Shown here: positions 1 to 10,706 of the stretch, in pieces
Layout: every line of letters begins with the position of its first letter
Numbering within the stretch: the stretch's first letter is position 1
Assembly: GCF_033153115.1 (NCBI RefSeq)
Contig: NW_026889774.1
Coordinates: 23,126,001-23,190,000 of the forward strand
Length of the DNA stretch: 64,000 nt
Direction: 5' to 3'
From: Saccostrea echinata
Taxonomy: Eukaryota
Made by a program: the position numbers and the translations under genes
Notes under the pieces: model-generated
Database searches by the model: none
What the model saw: the letters and a program-made list of their open reading frames with translations, nothing else
Told to the model about the DNA's origin: nothing

Positions 1-132
1 CATTTTAAACAATTGAATTACCATAACTGAAAGAGACTTATAAGTTTACATCATAATAGGCAAGATTTCGGAATACATAACATCAGGATTAGACAAGTTT
101 CACTGTATTACTGGATGTGAATATTTCCATAC

Positions 133-196
133 CTGAGTATGACTTCTGTTTTGGTTTGTCAGGGGCTGAGCTGCTCTCATTGAAGATAGATTCCAT
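133..196 (-). CDS. First coding exon of an unidentified gene continuing off the left edge (MESIFNESSSAPDKPKQKSYS+G)
   Basis: Acceptor ttctctacAG at 228-229, good Kozak context GCCATGG (ATG at 196), open frame to a G|GTATGG donor at 131-132. Product not recognised. Confidence 0.5.
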
Positions 197-314
197 GGCT
201 CACAGGAAAATATAAATCAGCTACAAACTGTAGAGAATGTTTCATGCATATATAAATTGCTAAAAGTATAGAAATTAAAAACATTTTTATTTTTCCATCT
301 CAGTGATTTGTAAG

Positions 315-628
315 TGCAACAGGAAGAGAGAAAGTGATGGACCAGACCAGAATTTAAATTCAAGCTCTCTAAACTCTAGGTTGGTGCTCTATCAACTGAG
401 CTGTTTGGCCACCGGTGAACAAACCTGCCGGAGTGACCATCACATTCCTCCCTCCTTGAATGTCTTCACCCACAAAGACACACAACCCAGGTTTTTTTTT
501 TTGCCCCCTGGAAATACTTTCAGCTGCATGTCCAGGGTGGTATCAAATGTAGCAAGAAGAGAGAAAATGTAAGGGACCAGACCAGGATTTGAACCTGGGC
601 CCCCTGAACTCTAGACATGTGCTCTACA
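315..628 (-). mobile_element. Miniature non-autonomous LTR element (TRIM) with tRNA-derived LTRs, minus-strand copy
   Basis: Partial LTR 628-548 ending ...CTACA, degenerate PBS TTTGATACC, ~100-bp internal region, PPT AAGGAGGGAGGAA (457-445), full LTR 444-315 (TG...CA) with tRNA A/B-box-like segments. Confidence 0.7.
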
Positions 629-1021
629 AATCTTGCACATGAACCTTCCAATTGCCACAGAAGTCAGTAGTCCAAGCTAGAGAACCTGCTGGATAGACTT
701 CACCTACAGTTAAGTGTGCTGCAAAATTGACAGATCCAAGGAAATTAATCAGAGTTGTGTCCTAGAATCTATCTGAGCACCACAGTGATAAGGTGTATCC
801 AAGAGAACAAAAATTATGACCTTAGAACAAGAGACCCACAATGCTTGCCAAATATTACTAGTACATGGTCATTTTCTTTGAGCATTTCAGTAAATCGCAA
901 CAGGTTTAATCAATGATTACGGAAACTAATTAATACAAGTTTCAAAAGGGTTGGTGGACACTGACTAATACGGGGTAGTGGGGAAAGTATTTATTGTGGT
1001 GGTCAAGCAGATTATTTGCCC

Positions 1022-1301
1022 AGGTTAGAATCCCAGTCCGTCACAATTTTCTCCTCTCCCGTTACATTTGGTGCCATGCCTTACCCTGGAAATGACAGGT
1101 GAAAGACCTGCCAGGGAAGAGCCTGGATGTGTGTCTTTTGGGGCCGAAGACCTTTAAGGAGGGAGGAATGAGGCAGTCACATGGGTTCGATCGCCTGTGG
1201 CCAGATAGCTCATTGGTAGAGCAACTGACTTGAGATTCAAGGGGCCAGGGTTCGAATCCAGGTCTGATCCGTCGCAATTTTCTCCTCTTTCGATCTTTAC
1301 A
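1022..1301 (+). mobile_element. Miniature non-autonomous LTR element (TRIM) with tRNA-derived LTRs, plus-strand copy
   Basis: LTR 3' end ...GTTACA (1066), PBS TTTGGTGCC (1067-1075), PPT AAGGAGGGAGGAA (1156-1168), LTR 1169-1301 (TG...CA) containing GGCCAGATAGCTCATTGGTAGAGC...GGTTCGAATCC. Confidence 0.75.
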
Positions 1302-1560
1302 TAAGTTTGAAGAGGCGGATCAAAGTTTAAAGCGTAAGCCATATAAAGATTTTTTTATGGTATACATCTGCGCTCGCCCAAAGGTGGCACCGTAAAACAT
1401 ATTAAAAAATTTCAGATAAAAGGCCATTTTTGTCAAAATTTTGCCACGCTGGATATGCTGAAATTGTGTGCAATTTAATAATAAATTAGATTTCATTTAG
1501 AAAATCATTGGTGATAAAGCAAAATTTAATAGTAGACAAAGGGATGATCGATGAACTTGA

Positions 1561-1651
1561 CATCCTCACAACGTCAGGGGTCCTGATTCAACACGTTGCC
1601 GTTGGTCCAACGGCAACGTGTTGACTCATGACCCCTGACGTTGTGAGGATG
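1561..1651. mobile_element. 91-bp foldback MITE with 9-bp TSD (Mutator-like)
   Basis: Near-perfect palindrome CATCCTCACAACGTCAGGGGTC...GACCCCTGACGTTGTGAGGATG flanked by TGAACTTGA (1552-1560 and 1652-1660). Confidence 0.85.
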
Positions 1652-1703
1652 TGAACTTGAAAGCGAGAGGGATTTGGCAGTTAAGCAGGTGCAATCATGC
1701 AAT

Positions 1704-1795
1704 CACCTGTGGTCAGATTGCTCAGTTGGTAGAGCACCTGAGTTGAAGAAGGGGGGATCGAATCTTGGTTCGTCGCATTTCCTCCCTTCCTTGTA
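1704..1795 (+). mobile_element. Degenerate solo LTR of the tRNA-LTR element
   Basis: CCTGTGGTCAGATTGCTCAGTTGGTAGAGCAC...GGATCGAATC...CGTCGCATTTCCTCCC matches the LTR at 1169-1301. Confidence 0.6.
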
Positions 1796-2703
1796 ATCCC
1801 CCAATGAAATGGATCCCTTCTTCAGACTCAAGTTCCTACCTGTACCTAGATAGAACGTACCGAGAAGTCTAACATTATTAAATTTAATAATGCGTTGATT
1901 CTTCATGTAAACAGCTAGTTTACTTACATTACCAACAACAAACAAGTAACTTTCAAATGATAAAAATCCTTTTGACTTTCAGAAATGTTCTCGAAGCACA
2001 ATACACATTTTGTACCGAATTTCCTCTTGATGGTGTTTCTTGTTCTCATTGAAGACAAATGCCACAATGCTTGAAGACTGTTTTCAAAGCTCAACTCCGA
2101 TTCTACTAATTCTCATAAACTTGATTATCAATGACACATCACCTGTCAGTGTCACTGCCTTTTAAAAAATAAAAAAGTTAGGAAACATTTTGGAAACCGG
2201 CATGACCCAAATTTTTGTCAACTCGTACATTGAAATATTCGATCTACCTACACAAGCAAGCAGATCCATGCCCGTTTGTTTTATAGATCTTTGTTTAGGC
2301 TAGCATATAAAACTGAGTAAAGTATACAACAAACATAAATTATGTAGTTTCTTCCTGAAATTTGGTTAATTTCTTGTCAACTTCATTACAAACAACTCTA
2401 TGCAATCCAAATATTTCCCATTTAAAATTTAGCAGCAGAAAGCTGTCATCAAAAATCACCTGGCTCTCTTAGCACCAAGACCTTAAAACACTTCCATAAC
2501 AATGGTTCCTTAATGTTTAAATTAATTTAGCTTACTCATTATAAACACTATCCAACAAAGAAGAGGACAATGTTTTCCACACTCATAAAAAGATTCCCTT
2601 TCATTCATCAAGTGAAGCACTTAATAAGTGCGATGTTCTTTCAATTTTTTCTACAGTTCTAGATATAAAAGTATGACTTGAACACTTCTTTTTAATTTTT
2701 TTT

Positions 2704-2709
2704 TTTATT
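2704..2709 (-). terminator. RPL28: RPL28 polyadenylation signal AATAAA
   Basis: TTTATT on the plus strand, 18 nt after the TAG stop. Confidence 0.75.
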
Positions 2710-2727
2710 TGTTGCTGTATGACACAT

Positions 2728-5700
2728 CTACTTTGACTTTAGTCCACTTTTCTTGACAACAACTGGTTTCTGGCTCCTCAGCAGGGCACTGGCTCTCCTG
2801 ACAGCAGCCTGTAAATGTCATACATGAAACTATAGAAACCACCCAAAAATATGTGATCTTTCACCCACAGAAATTCTTCCTAAGTTCCATGCAGAGAATA
2901 AATATGCAAAATTCTACAAGGTATTTTACTGAACATGATGAAATTTCAATGAGTAAAGGGTAGATGTTCAACTTTTTTCCTTCAAAAATTTTTGTAGTTA
3001 TTAATTTCCCTGTAACTGCTTTACAATTGTCCAGATAGCACTTCACACTGCAATATTCCAAATTTCTCACCATTTTCAGATCCTTCCTGTAACGGTTGTT
3101 ACGGAGAGTTTTCTTGATGGTGCTGAAGGTTTTTCGTGATCCTCTTTTCAGCTCAACTCTGTTGAAGCTTTTCCCAGGGCGTTTGCCAGCTGCAAAAAAT
3201 TTTATACAATATTTACATTTTCAGTACAGGTATGTTCTTTCTCAGTCAGATTAAAATCAAACCTTCACTAGCTCCTTTTTATTTTGTCACTTCAATATTC
3301 ATGCAACAACCAAAATAAAAAGGAGCTAGTGAAGGTTCGGTTTTAATCAGACTGGTTCTTTCTACAAAGCTTTCCTAAATAAATACTGGTACAAAAACTA
3401 AAATTATCTTCTCACTACCTCTTAAATTGTTATGAAGGTTATTCAACCTGCACTATACTCAATTTCCTCATTTCAAATGTCTGACATGTAAATTTAAAGG
3501 AAACTTCAATTGAAGTCAATTGGGGCATCAATTGAAAACCATGTCATGAATTTCCAATGTACTACTAACTTAAATTATTATGTATTAATTTAAGTGTTTA
3601 CTAATTCAATTATTAGGATCTTTTTGTTCCTCACCTATAATCTAGTGACACTGAAATCAATTGAAGTCTGAGCTCTGCACCTTGAAAATATAATACATTC
3701 CTAAAGTAGCAGTTTGAGCTATTCCAGGAAAAAATTACAAGAGGATGGATGCCATTTGTTTTCAGAACTCTAACCTTTAGAGTAAAATCTTGGGGGGGGG
3801 GGGGAGACAAGAAAATAATTTTATTTGCTAGTCTCCAACCAAAGAATACAACAAATCTTCTGCAATACTACAGTTTTTTCAGAGAATTATTTAATAACGG
3901 TAGTTCATCCTTAACAGTTTTTCTCCCTGTATGAAATAAATTTGCCCTCACTGGTTTTAAATGAATTCTCAAAATTACTGTTCTGGTAGATAAAAAAATG
4001 TTCTTTTTGATTCAATGTTTGGCTAATCTTTAACCATAGATATAAATCAATTTATTTAGAAATTACCACCTTTATAGCTCAGATTTTCTTTGGTTCAACT
4101 TCAATTTGAAGGGGAAAAAAAATCAATATTGAGAAATTCCAAACACAGTCATTTGGACCACTGCTAACAAGAAATCTTCCCTGCCATGATGTTGCAGAAT
4201 GGAAAGCTTTCAGGATATATGCCTATTCATTTCCAGAAGATAATAATAGCATTTAATCAAAAGAGAATAAAATGTAAAATAAAAATCCAAAATAATTTGG
4301 GGTTTTTTTCCCACTCATTTGGAAAATAAATTTCTTCGTACTGTTTATAACTTTTTTTTTTTTTGCTCAAAACTGGATTGAAGACCAAGTCTTCGAGAAC
4401 AGCAATTAATCATCTACCCACACACACTCTTGAATTTAAAAAAAAAAATGAAACCCTTAATTTATACAAAAAATCACTCTGCATAATTAGTGTGCAGAAC
4501 AAAATATATCATACCTCTGGCCTTCTTAGTTACGAGGACAACCCCCTTTCCATCCTTGGCTGGGACAACACCAACTGTTTTGGGATGAATCAATCCATTG
4601 TAACGGAATGAGTTCACAGACTTCAAGTTGTTTGGCTCCTACAATAATAACTGCATTTATCTTTACTGATTTAAATCACCTGCCCTAAGGCATGCAATTC
4701 CTAAACAACTTGTCTTGGATTATATCTCAAGATTCCAGGGTTTCAGATTGCCATTGGCCATTTGCCGATGAAAATTCAAAATGGCACAAGAAAATAAAAT
4801 TAGACAAAATGGTCAGTAAGTTTAACACTAAGCAGACGTAATGGCTGATTTAATTCTGTTTGTAATGGCATGTCATCATCTTTTTTCTTTTCAAATCCAA
4901 TTAATTTGTTTTTACTACTTTCTGTGACTGCAGATTTCACCAGCCAGTGACATTCATATATTATATCTTGATCCCCAGATCACTTAATTTATCCAATATA
5001 ATTTCTAGATGATATGCTTTCCCTACCAGTTTTAACATGAAGTAAATGATAAGCATATGCTGCCAAGAATAATCTCATCGTCAAATATATATTTACAAGA
5101 TGTATTGGGTAGTGAACTCTTCAGTTAAGAAACTAGAACTCATAAGAATGATGGCAATGAAACTGAAGAATCAGAAAAAAACAGAAAATCACACAGAAAA
5201 TGACACAACAATTTCATAGTACATATGGCTTAACATAAAACTGTGCTATGACTATATGAGAATCTGTGAGAAATATTTGATATCTCTTTAAATTTGAAGT
5301 AAACAGAATATTCTGACCAACAGGAGTTACAGTACTAATATAATACTATATATATATATCTACAGTCAAACCTCGTTATCTCGAACTCAATGGGACCAAG
5401 AAAAAACTTCAAGATATCTGAGGATTCGAGATATCCGGGTTAAAATACTTATAGAATAATCGGTTGGAACTTTCAAATCACTTCAAAATATCATGGTATT
5501 TGAGATATCAGTGTTCGGAGTACAGATGTTCAACTGTATATTATATAGAATAAGATTATTTGAAAACAATAAAATGTTTTCTTTGGTTGTTAGTACAGGA
5601 ATTAACATTGCAGCTGTTGCAGAAAAAATAATTTTATGCAATAGCTGCTACGTTAATTCCCATACTAACAACCAAAGAAAGACATTTTATTGTTTATATC

Positions 5701-6035
5701 TGTATAAATAATCATTTACAGTAGGATTAAAAGGATTAATTATTGTATTATTGATATGTACGTCATAGTACATTTCAATGATGGAACAGCCACTGATCAA
5801 GAAATCTGTACAGGTGATATATGCCTAAGTGTTGTTCATGAACTGATAAACGACAATGGTTTTCTTTAGAAATAAAGGAGAAAATATTCAGTGGATGTAA
5901 ATACATAGATATTAAATGTGGAGCCCTTGCTTAAAATTTTCATTCAATTACCCTGCTGTATGTTTGTTTATTTCCTTTCAAAAGAAAACTTGAGTTATTC
6001 CTGATGATCAACCACTGCAAGTCCGTGGAAGCCAT
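2728..6035 (-). CDS. RPL28: 60S ribosomal protein L28 (eL28), 135 aa; coding exons 6035-5952, 4638-4515, 3189-3071, 2808-2728
   Basis: Spliced translation [28 protein letters not shown]|[41 protein letters not shown]|[40 protein letters not shown]|[26 protein letters not shown]. All introns GT-AG with consistent phases; recognisable eL28 sequence. Confidence 0.97.
3244..3354. mobile_element. Short foldback MITE in an RPL28 intron
   Basis: AGTCAGATTAAAATCAAACCTTCACTAGCTCCTTTTTATTTTG is inverted as CAAAATAAAAAGGAGCTAGTGAAGGTTCGGTTTTAATCAGACT. Confidence 0.75.
5363..5536. mobile_element. Tc1/mariner (pogo/Tigger-like) MITE
   Basis: TA|CAGTCAAACCTCGTTATCTCGAAC ... GATGTTCAACTG|TA ends with TA TSD. 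Confidence 0.7.
5555..5900 (+). repeat. Interspersed repeat, second copy at ~20930-21315
   Basis: AAACAATAAAATG(T/C)TTTCTTTGGTTGTTAGTAC...GATGGAACAGCCACTGATC...AGAAATAAAGGAGAAAATATTCA shared by both loci; internal inverted repeat. Confidence 0.8.
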
Positions 6036-6422
6036 TCTGGGAGCTTGTCTGTAAAGAAACAACATAACTTACTTATACTTGAAGCACTTAACAATCATTG
6101 AAATCAATATTAAATGGGTAGTTCAAACATCTTTCTTTACCCAAAAGCAACTGAATTATAAAATTTATTACATTTTACATGCAACACATAAGAACCAAAC
6201 ATACGAAAGAAAATGTTGGGAACCCATTTGCAATACCACCCCCCTCCTTCTTTCCATTAGGTTAGCAGAACCTTCATATGACGTCCAAAGATACCAAAAA
6301 TTAAGATTTGATTAAAGAAAATAAAAGTTATTTCACAAAAAACTCAATAGAAAGCAATTTTTATTTTTAATCGGGAGAAAAATTTAGTTTATAGCTGTGT
6401 TTTATCGAAAAGCCATGCTCAC

Positions 6423-6457
6423 TTCACTTATAACTTGAAAAAGAGGCCGACTTCCGG
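6423..6457 (-). promoter_or_regulatory. RPL28: RPL28 non-coding exon 1 with TCT/5'TOP initiator and ETS/GABP-type site
   Basis: Minus strand reads CCGGAAGT (6457-6450), CGG, CCTCTTTTTC (6446-6437), then ...GTGAA|GTGAGC donor at 6421-6422; exon 2 acceptor at 6049-6050. Typical ribosomal-protein promoter layout. Confidence 0.8.
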
Positions 6458-8637
6458 TTTTAACTTATTAACTCTTTCAATGAATTAGTCTGATGAAACA
6501 GTTTCTCTACGTTTTCCCACTAACTGTATAAAATCACCGAATGTTTAACATGCCTCTCTTCGATCTATATACAAGTACATGTATTTTTTAAAGACCAAGA
6601 TCCGGTACTATATCCGTTAAAAATGTATAAATCAGCATGTATTTGCAGCGACTGTCTAGGTTTTGGAGTTTATATATAACGTTAAACAGTGCGACATTTA
6701 ACTCCGGACACGACATTTGTCCGGACTTTCGCCAACCACTTTTCCAAAGATATGTGGAAACCATTTATGTCATCTGATGGGATTTTTTAAAACTTAACAC
6801 ATGAACCAAAATTTACACCTGATTATCTTCTAGGTAAAAAGATATTACACCTGAAACCAAGAAATCCCATGGGATAATGGTGGGATTTTTTCTCCTAACC
6901 AATATCCCACCATTATTCTGTGGGAGAAAAAGGTATTCTGTGGGATTTTTTCTCCCATAGAAGTTTGAAAATCCCATGAATGCTTTATAATGGGACAAAA
7001 TCTCCCATATACTTGTATATAGAAGATAATCTCCCATCTCTTTATAAATGTGGGATTTATCCCATATTCATTACAAAATAGAAAAAAATTCTCCCATGGG
7101 ATAAAGAAACAACAGTTTTAAACCAAATAAAGAAACTATTGAACAGTTTAACTACTATTAATTATTTATTTTCATTTAAGTTATGTGTTTCCTAAACCAT
7201 TTTTTTTAATTTCTTAAAATTAACCAATTTTGGGGTAATGTTTAATTTTTTCAATGATTAAAGATCAAAAAATCAAAAGTGGTTTTATCTCTATAACTTT
7301 CAGTTTTTTTTTTTTTGTTTTTTTTTTAAGTAAAAAGGCAATTTCCCTTGTATGTAGATTACCTTCTTTTATTCCTTGTATGTAAATTTTGAATGGGAAA
7401 AATAAAAAATGCAATTAAGGAAGAACAAATCTTTTTATGTTTATTTTCCTCCTAATCATTTAGGTTAATTTATTGCATAAGTGCCATTTGTCAAGCTTTA
7501 CAACATGATCAGATCCATGCACGTTGTTAGATCTTTGCCTGTTTGCTGCACTAAACTGATAGGTTTCCAATTAAAAAATCACATGAAATTGGGTCGTATC
7601 AGTCACTCTGAGATTCTTAAGAGAGTTTTAAAACTTATTTAGATGCACAAACTGTAATAATTTACCTAATTTTTACTTTTAATTTTCTTTGTATGATCCT
7701 GATCATGCCTTGTTTTGTTCCAATGACAGCTGGAAATTATTTTACTCATAACGAACCCGATCTGACAAATAAACAGAAAATAATGTTGAAAAAAATTCAA
7801 CCATCTTCATTATGCACATTTACTGGTAGTTTGCATTAAAAATATTTAACAACCTTTTCACTAATTTCAAAACTTTCTACCTACACCTACTAAACATATC
7901 AAGAATTTTTGACAGTTCATTGAACCCGTTCAAAAATAAACATGATGAAAGGGCATGGATCCAGAAATATTTGCGGTGGTACTCTACTCATTGTTTCATA
8001 TCATCCAGTAGAAAACAATTAAGTTTTCCTTAGTTCTGTTACTTCTTTAATAAAAGCACTCTGCTGATCTTTTACTTGTTATTTTTTGGTACATATAATA
8101 ACCATGCACCATTGACATGTATTCAACTGATAATAGCCAAGTCACCTTAGGCCATTGCAAGTTTCTTCTTTGTTAAACGTCAGCATGCACCTTGTTTTGG
8201 ACACCCCATAACACATAAAATAAGAGGTCCAGGCCACAGTTAGTTAATGCTCACTGTTAATACCCACGCGGATGCAAATATAGCAGAATGATATTGGGTA
8301 CATGTATTAAACTTTTACCTCAGCAATCTACGTGTAATTTAAATAAGATGTTAGATCCGCACGCATACTCGCTAAACTGACTGTAGTGACTATGTGAGCG
8401 GATCTAACATCTAATTTTAACTAGATTGGTACTTAAGTGGCTTAAATTTATTCAACTTCTTTCAGGAAGATTTTCAATTTTCTTGTCATAAATGCATATT
8501 GTCAATTATTATGCTTCCTGTCAGTTTGTCTCTACATAACCCATACCCTACTATTCTTGCATAGTGTTCTAAGGATTTAAATAGCATAAGCATACTATGC
8601 CGAAATAGTGCACGACTTCATTTTCTGAAGAAAAACT

Positions 8638-8716
8638 GACTGCGCCCACGCCTGGGAGCGAACTCACAACCCCGAGATTGTCATTCCGACGCGCTACCGA
8701 TTACAACACAGACGCC
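8638..8716 (-). mobile_element. tRNA-derived SINE head / tRNA pseudogene
   Basis: GGCGTCTGTGTTGTAATCGGTAGCGCG...GTGAGTTCGCTCCCAGGC: degenerate A/B boxes, imperfect stems. Confidence 0.5.
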
Positions 8717-8777
8717 GTTATAAATATCAATGTACTATAATATATATAAACTTAGTTTCAAATATTTTACACTTAAG

Positions 8778-9308
8778 TAGCTGCAGAACTGTAGCTCTCA
8801 GAAAAAATATATGTTGACAGACCAGAGAGCTACAGTGCCACCCATTGAAAAAACTGTATATTTATTGCGCACAAAAAAGTGCGCTCGGTTCTGAATTAAT
8901 TCTTCGAAATTCTTACCTCAATTGAAAAAAAAGCTACATTTCAAAAAAGTCCTTACTCCTCTATAACTTTCGTAGTTTACACTTGTACTAAGTGCGTTGG
9001 ACCGAATTCTCGTGAAGACCAAAATGGCAGTATAAATAGGCAAAATTTTCAATGATTTCAATTTCAGGGCCAGGAGGGCTGTTAAAAACAATTATAAGGA
9101 ATGTTTTATTGTGGAAACAGTGAAAGAATATGTTAGAAACACACGTTTAGTAATATTTTGAGATGACAGTTTTAAAAACACTGAGAAATAAATCGAGAAA
9201 CAGTGCACAAAAAGTGCACAATAAATATACAGTTTTTTCTATGGGTGGCACTGTAGCTCTCCCGTCTGTCAATATATATTTTTTCAGAGAGCTACAGTTC
9301 TGCAGCTA
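8778..9308. mobile_element. MITE with ~110-bp TIRs and 9-bp TSD (Mutator-like), nested in the large element
   Basis: TAGCTGCAGAACTGTAGCTCTC... / ...GAGAGCTACAGTTCTGCAGCTA; TSD ACACTTAAG at 8769-8777 and 9309-9317. Confidence 0.9.
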
Positions 9309-9563
9309 ACACTTAAGATGAAAAATAAACAAAATAATTCTTCTAAAATAGTTTCTTGCAATTGACCCCATCACTCAACTACTATTCTCTAAAACTATCT
9401 GTACATTATACCTAAAGCCTCCGGCTTGTGCACCATGTGTCAAACCCTGACTTCTTTTTAAGAATAGTGCATGCAAAATACAACACTATTATATAAATAT
9501 GCACACTTCATGAGTTCCCTAGTTCATTGAATAAAGGTACACATACCTTCATTTTACATTTAA

Positions 9564-9906
9564 GGACATACGCAAGATACCTTACCTACTGATAATTTTT
9601 CAAGATATTCTAAATTTAAACTTATAATACATGTACCATATAACATATTTTTAAACAAAAAATCAGCATGCATTTCCAGGGATTTTGAAAAGATATTAAA
9701 GTTTGAAAAATTTTGCATTATTCAAAGAAAAATGTACAAAAATTACAAAACATAAATTCCAGATTTTTTTTATCAAAATTGTTTTAGAAGAGATTTACAA
9801 ATCCATATATAGACAATAAAAATATTGCACACAGGTCCTTCATTTAGTGGAACTCTTCAACTCCAGGGAAGAACCCAATAAAGTGCAAACTACGTTGCGT
9901 ATGACC
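9564..9906. mobile_element. TTAA-flanked MITE (Kolobok-like)
   Basis: TTAA|GGACATACGCAA ... TTGCGTATGACC|TTAA. Confidence 0.7.
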
Positions 9907-10379
9907 TTAAATGCCCGTTTATATAAGAGAAAAATAAATTAAAGAACTTGTTCTAATTAAAATAATGAAAAAAAAATCCTTATTTAAGCCTTTAAGTTTA
10001 ATTTTTAATTAAGAAATTTGACAGATGAATAAGAAGAGTAATATACAATATAATACTTCTTAAATTAATTCTCTTGCTTCCATTCATTAGATATTCAATA
10101 TTCGAGTCAACACTCTATACATGAATGAATTATCAAAAGTTTTGTCCTTAAAGTTTTCAATGGATCCACAGATCATGAGGTGATGTCTCCTTTTATGTGT
10201 ATGTATCTGTGTACACTGAAAAAAAAAAGAAAGTCGCTGTGTGATGAAAAGGATAAACCAGAAGTCTCTGATGAGACTGTAGCTCTCCTGGTCTATATGT
10301 ATAACAAAGAAAAAGTAACACTTGGATTTGAAACTTTGCAACAGACAGCAATAAATAGAATTATGTATCTAAGTGTAGT

Positions 10380-10706
10380 CTACTTGTGTGCCACATTATA
10401 TTGAAATCATACCAAAATTGTAGGTGGAGTAGCGTTTTAAAGGAATTTTACAGAAATTTCTATTTTTAGTAACCATGGCAGCACCGTTCATTGAAATGTA
10501 CCTTAGTGCAGTCTAAGTTATATTGAAATCAGAATAAAATTGTAGGAGGAGTAGTGTTTTGAAAAATTACAAACAGATGGACAGCTAGACAGACAGACAA
10601 CTAGACACCATGGACAGACAGACAGACGGACAGCTAGACGGATGGACGAGGGACACCTTCCTATCCCATAAGCTCTTCTGGTCTCTGACCAGTAGAGCTA
10701 AAAAAA
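10380..10706 (+). mobile_element. 3' part of a Helentron/HINE-type element
   Basis: Two tandem repeat units, (GACA/GACG)n microsatellite 10575-10650, terminal hairpin AGCTCTTCTGGTC-TCT-GACCAGTAGAGCT followed by an A-run. Confidence 0.7.

Noticed and set aside
1198-1272. Apparent tRNA gene
   Set aside because: Acceptor and anticodon stems are mismatched and it lies inside an LTR-like repeat present three times nearby.
2849-2968. Possible H/ACA snoRNA (two hairpins and ACA) in the last RPL28 intron
   Set aside because: No ANANNA H box in the hinge.
4812-4880. Possible C/D snoRNA in an RPL28 intron (minus-strand ATGATGA...CTGA)
   Set aside because: No convincing terminal stem or recognisable rRNA antisense element; needs snoscan/Infernal.
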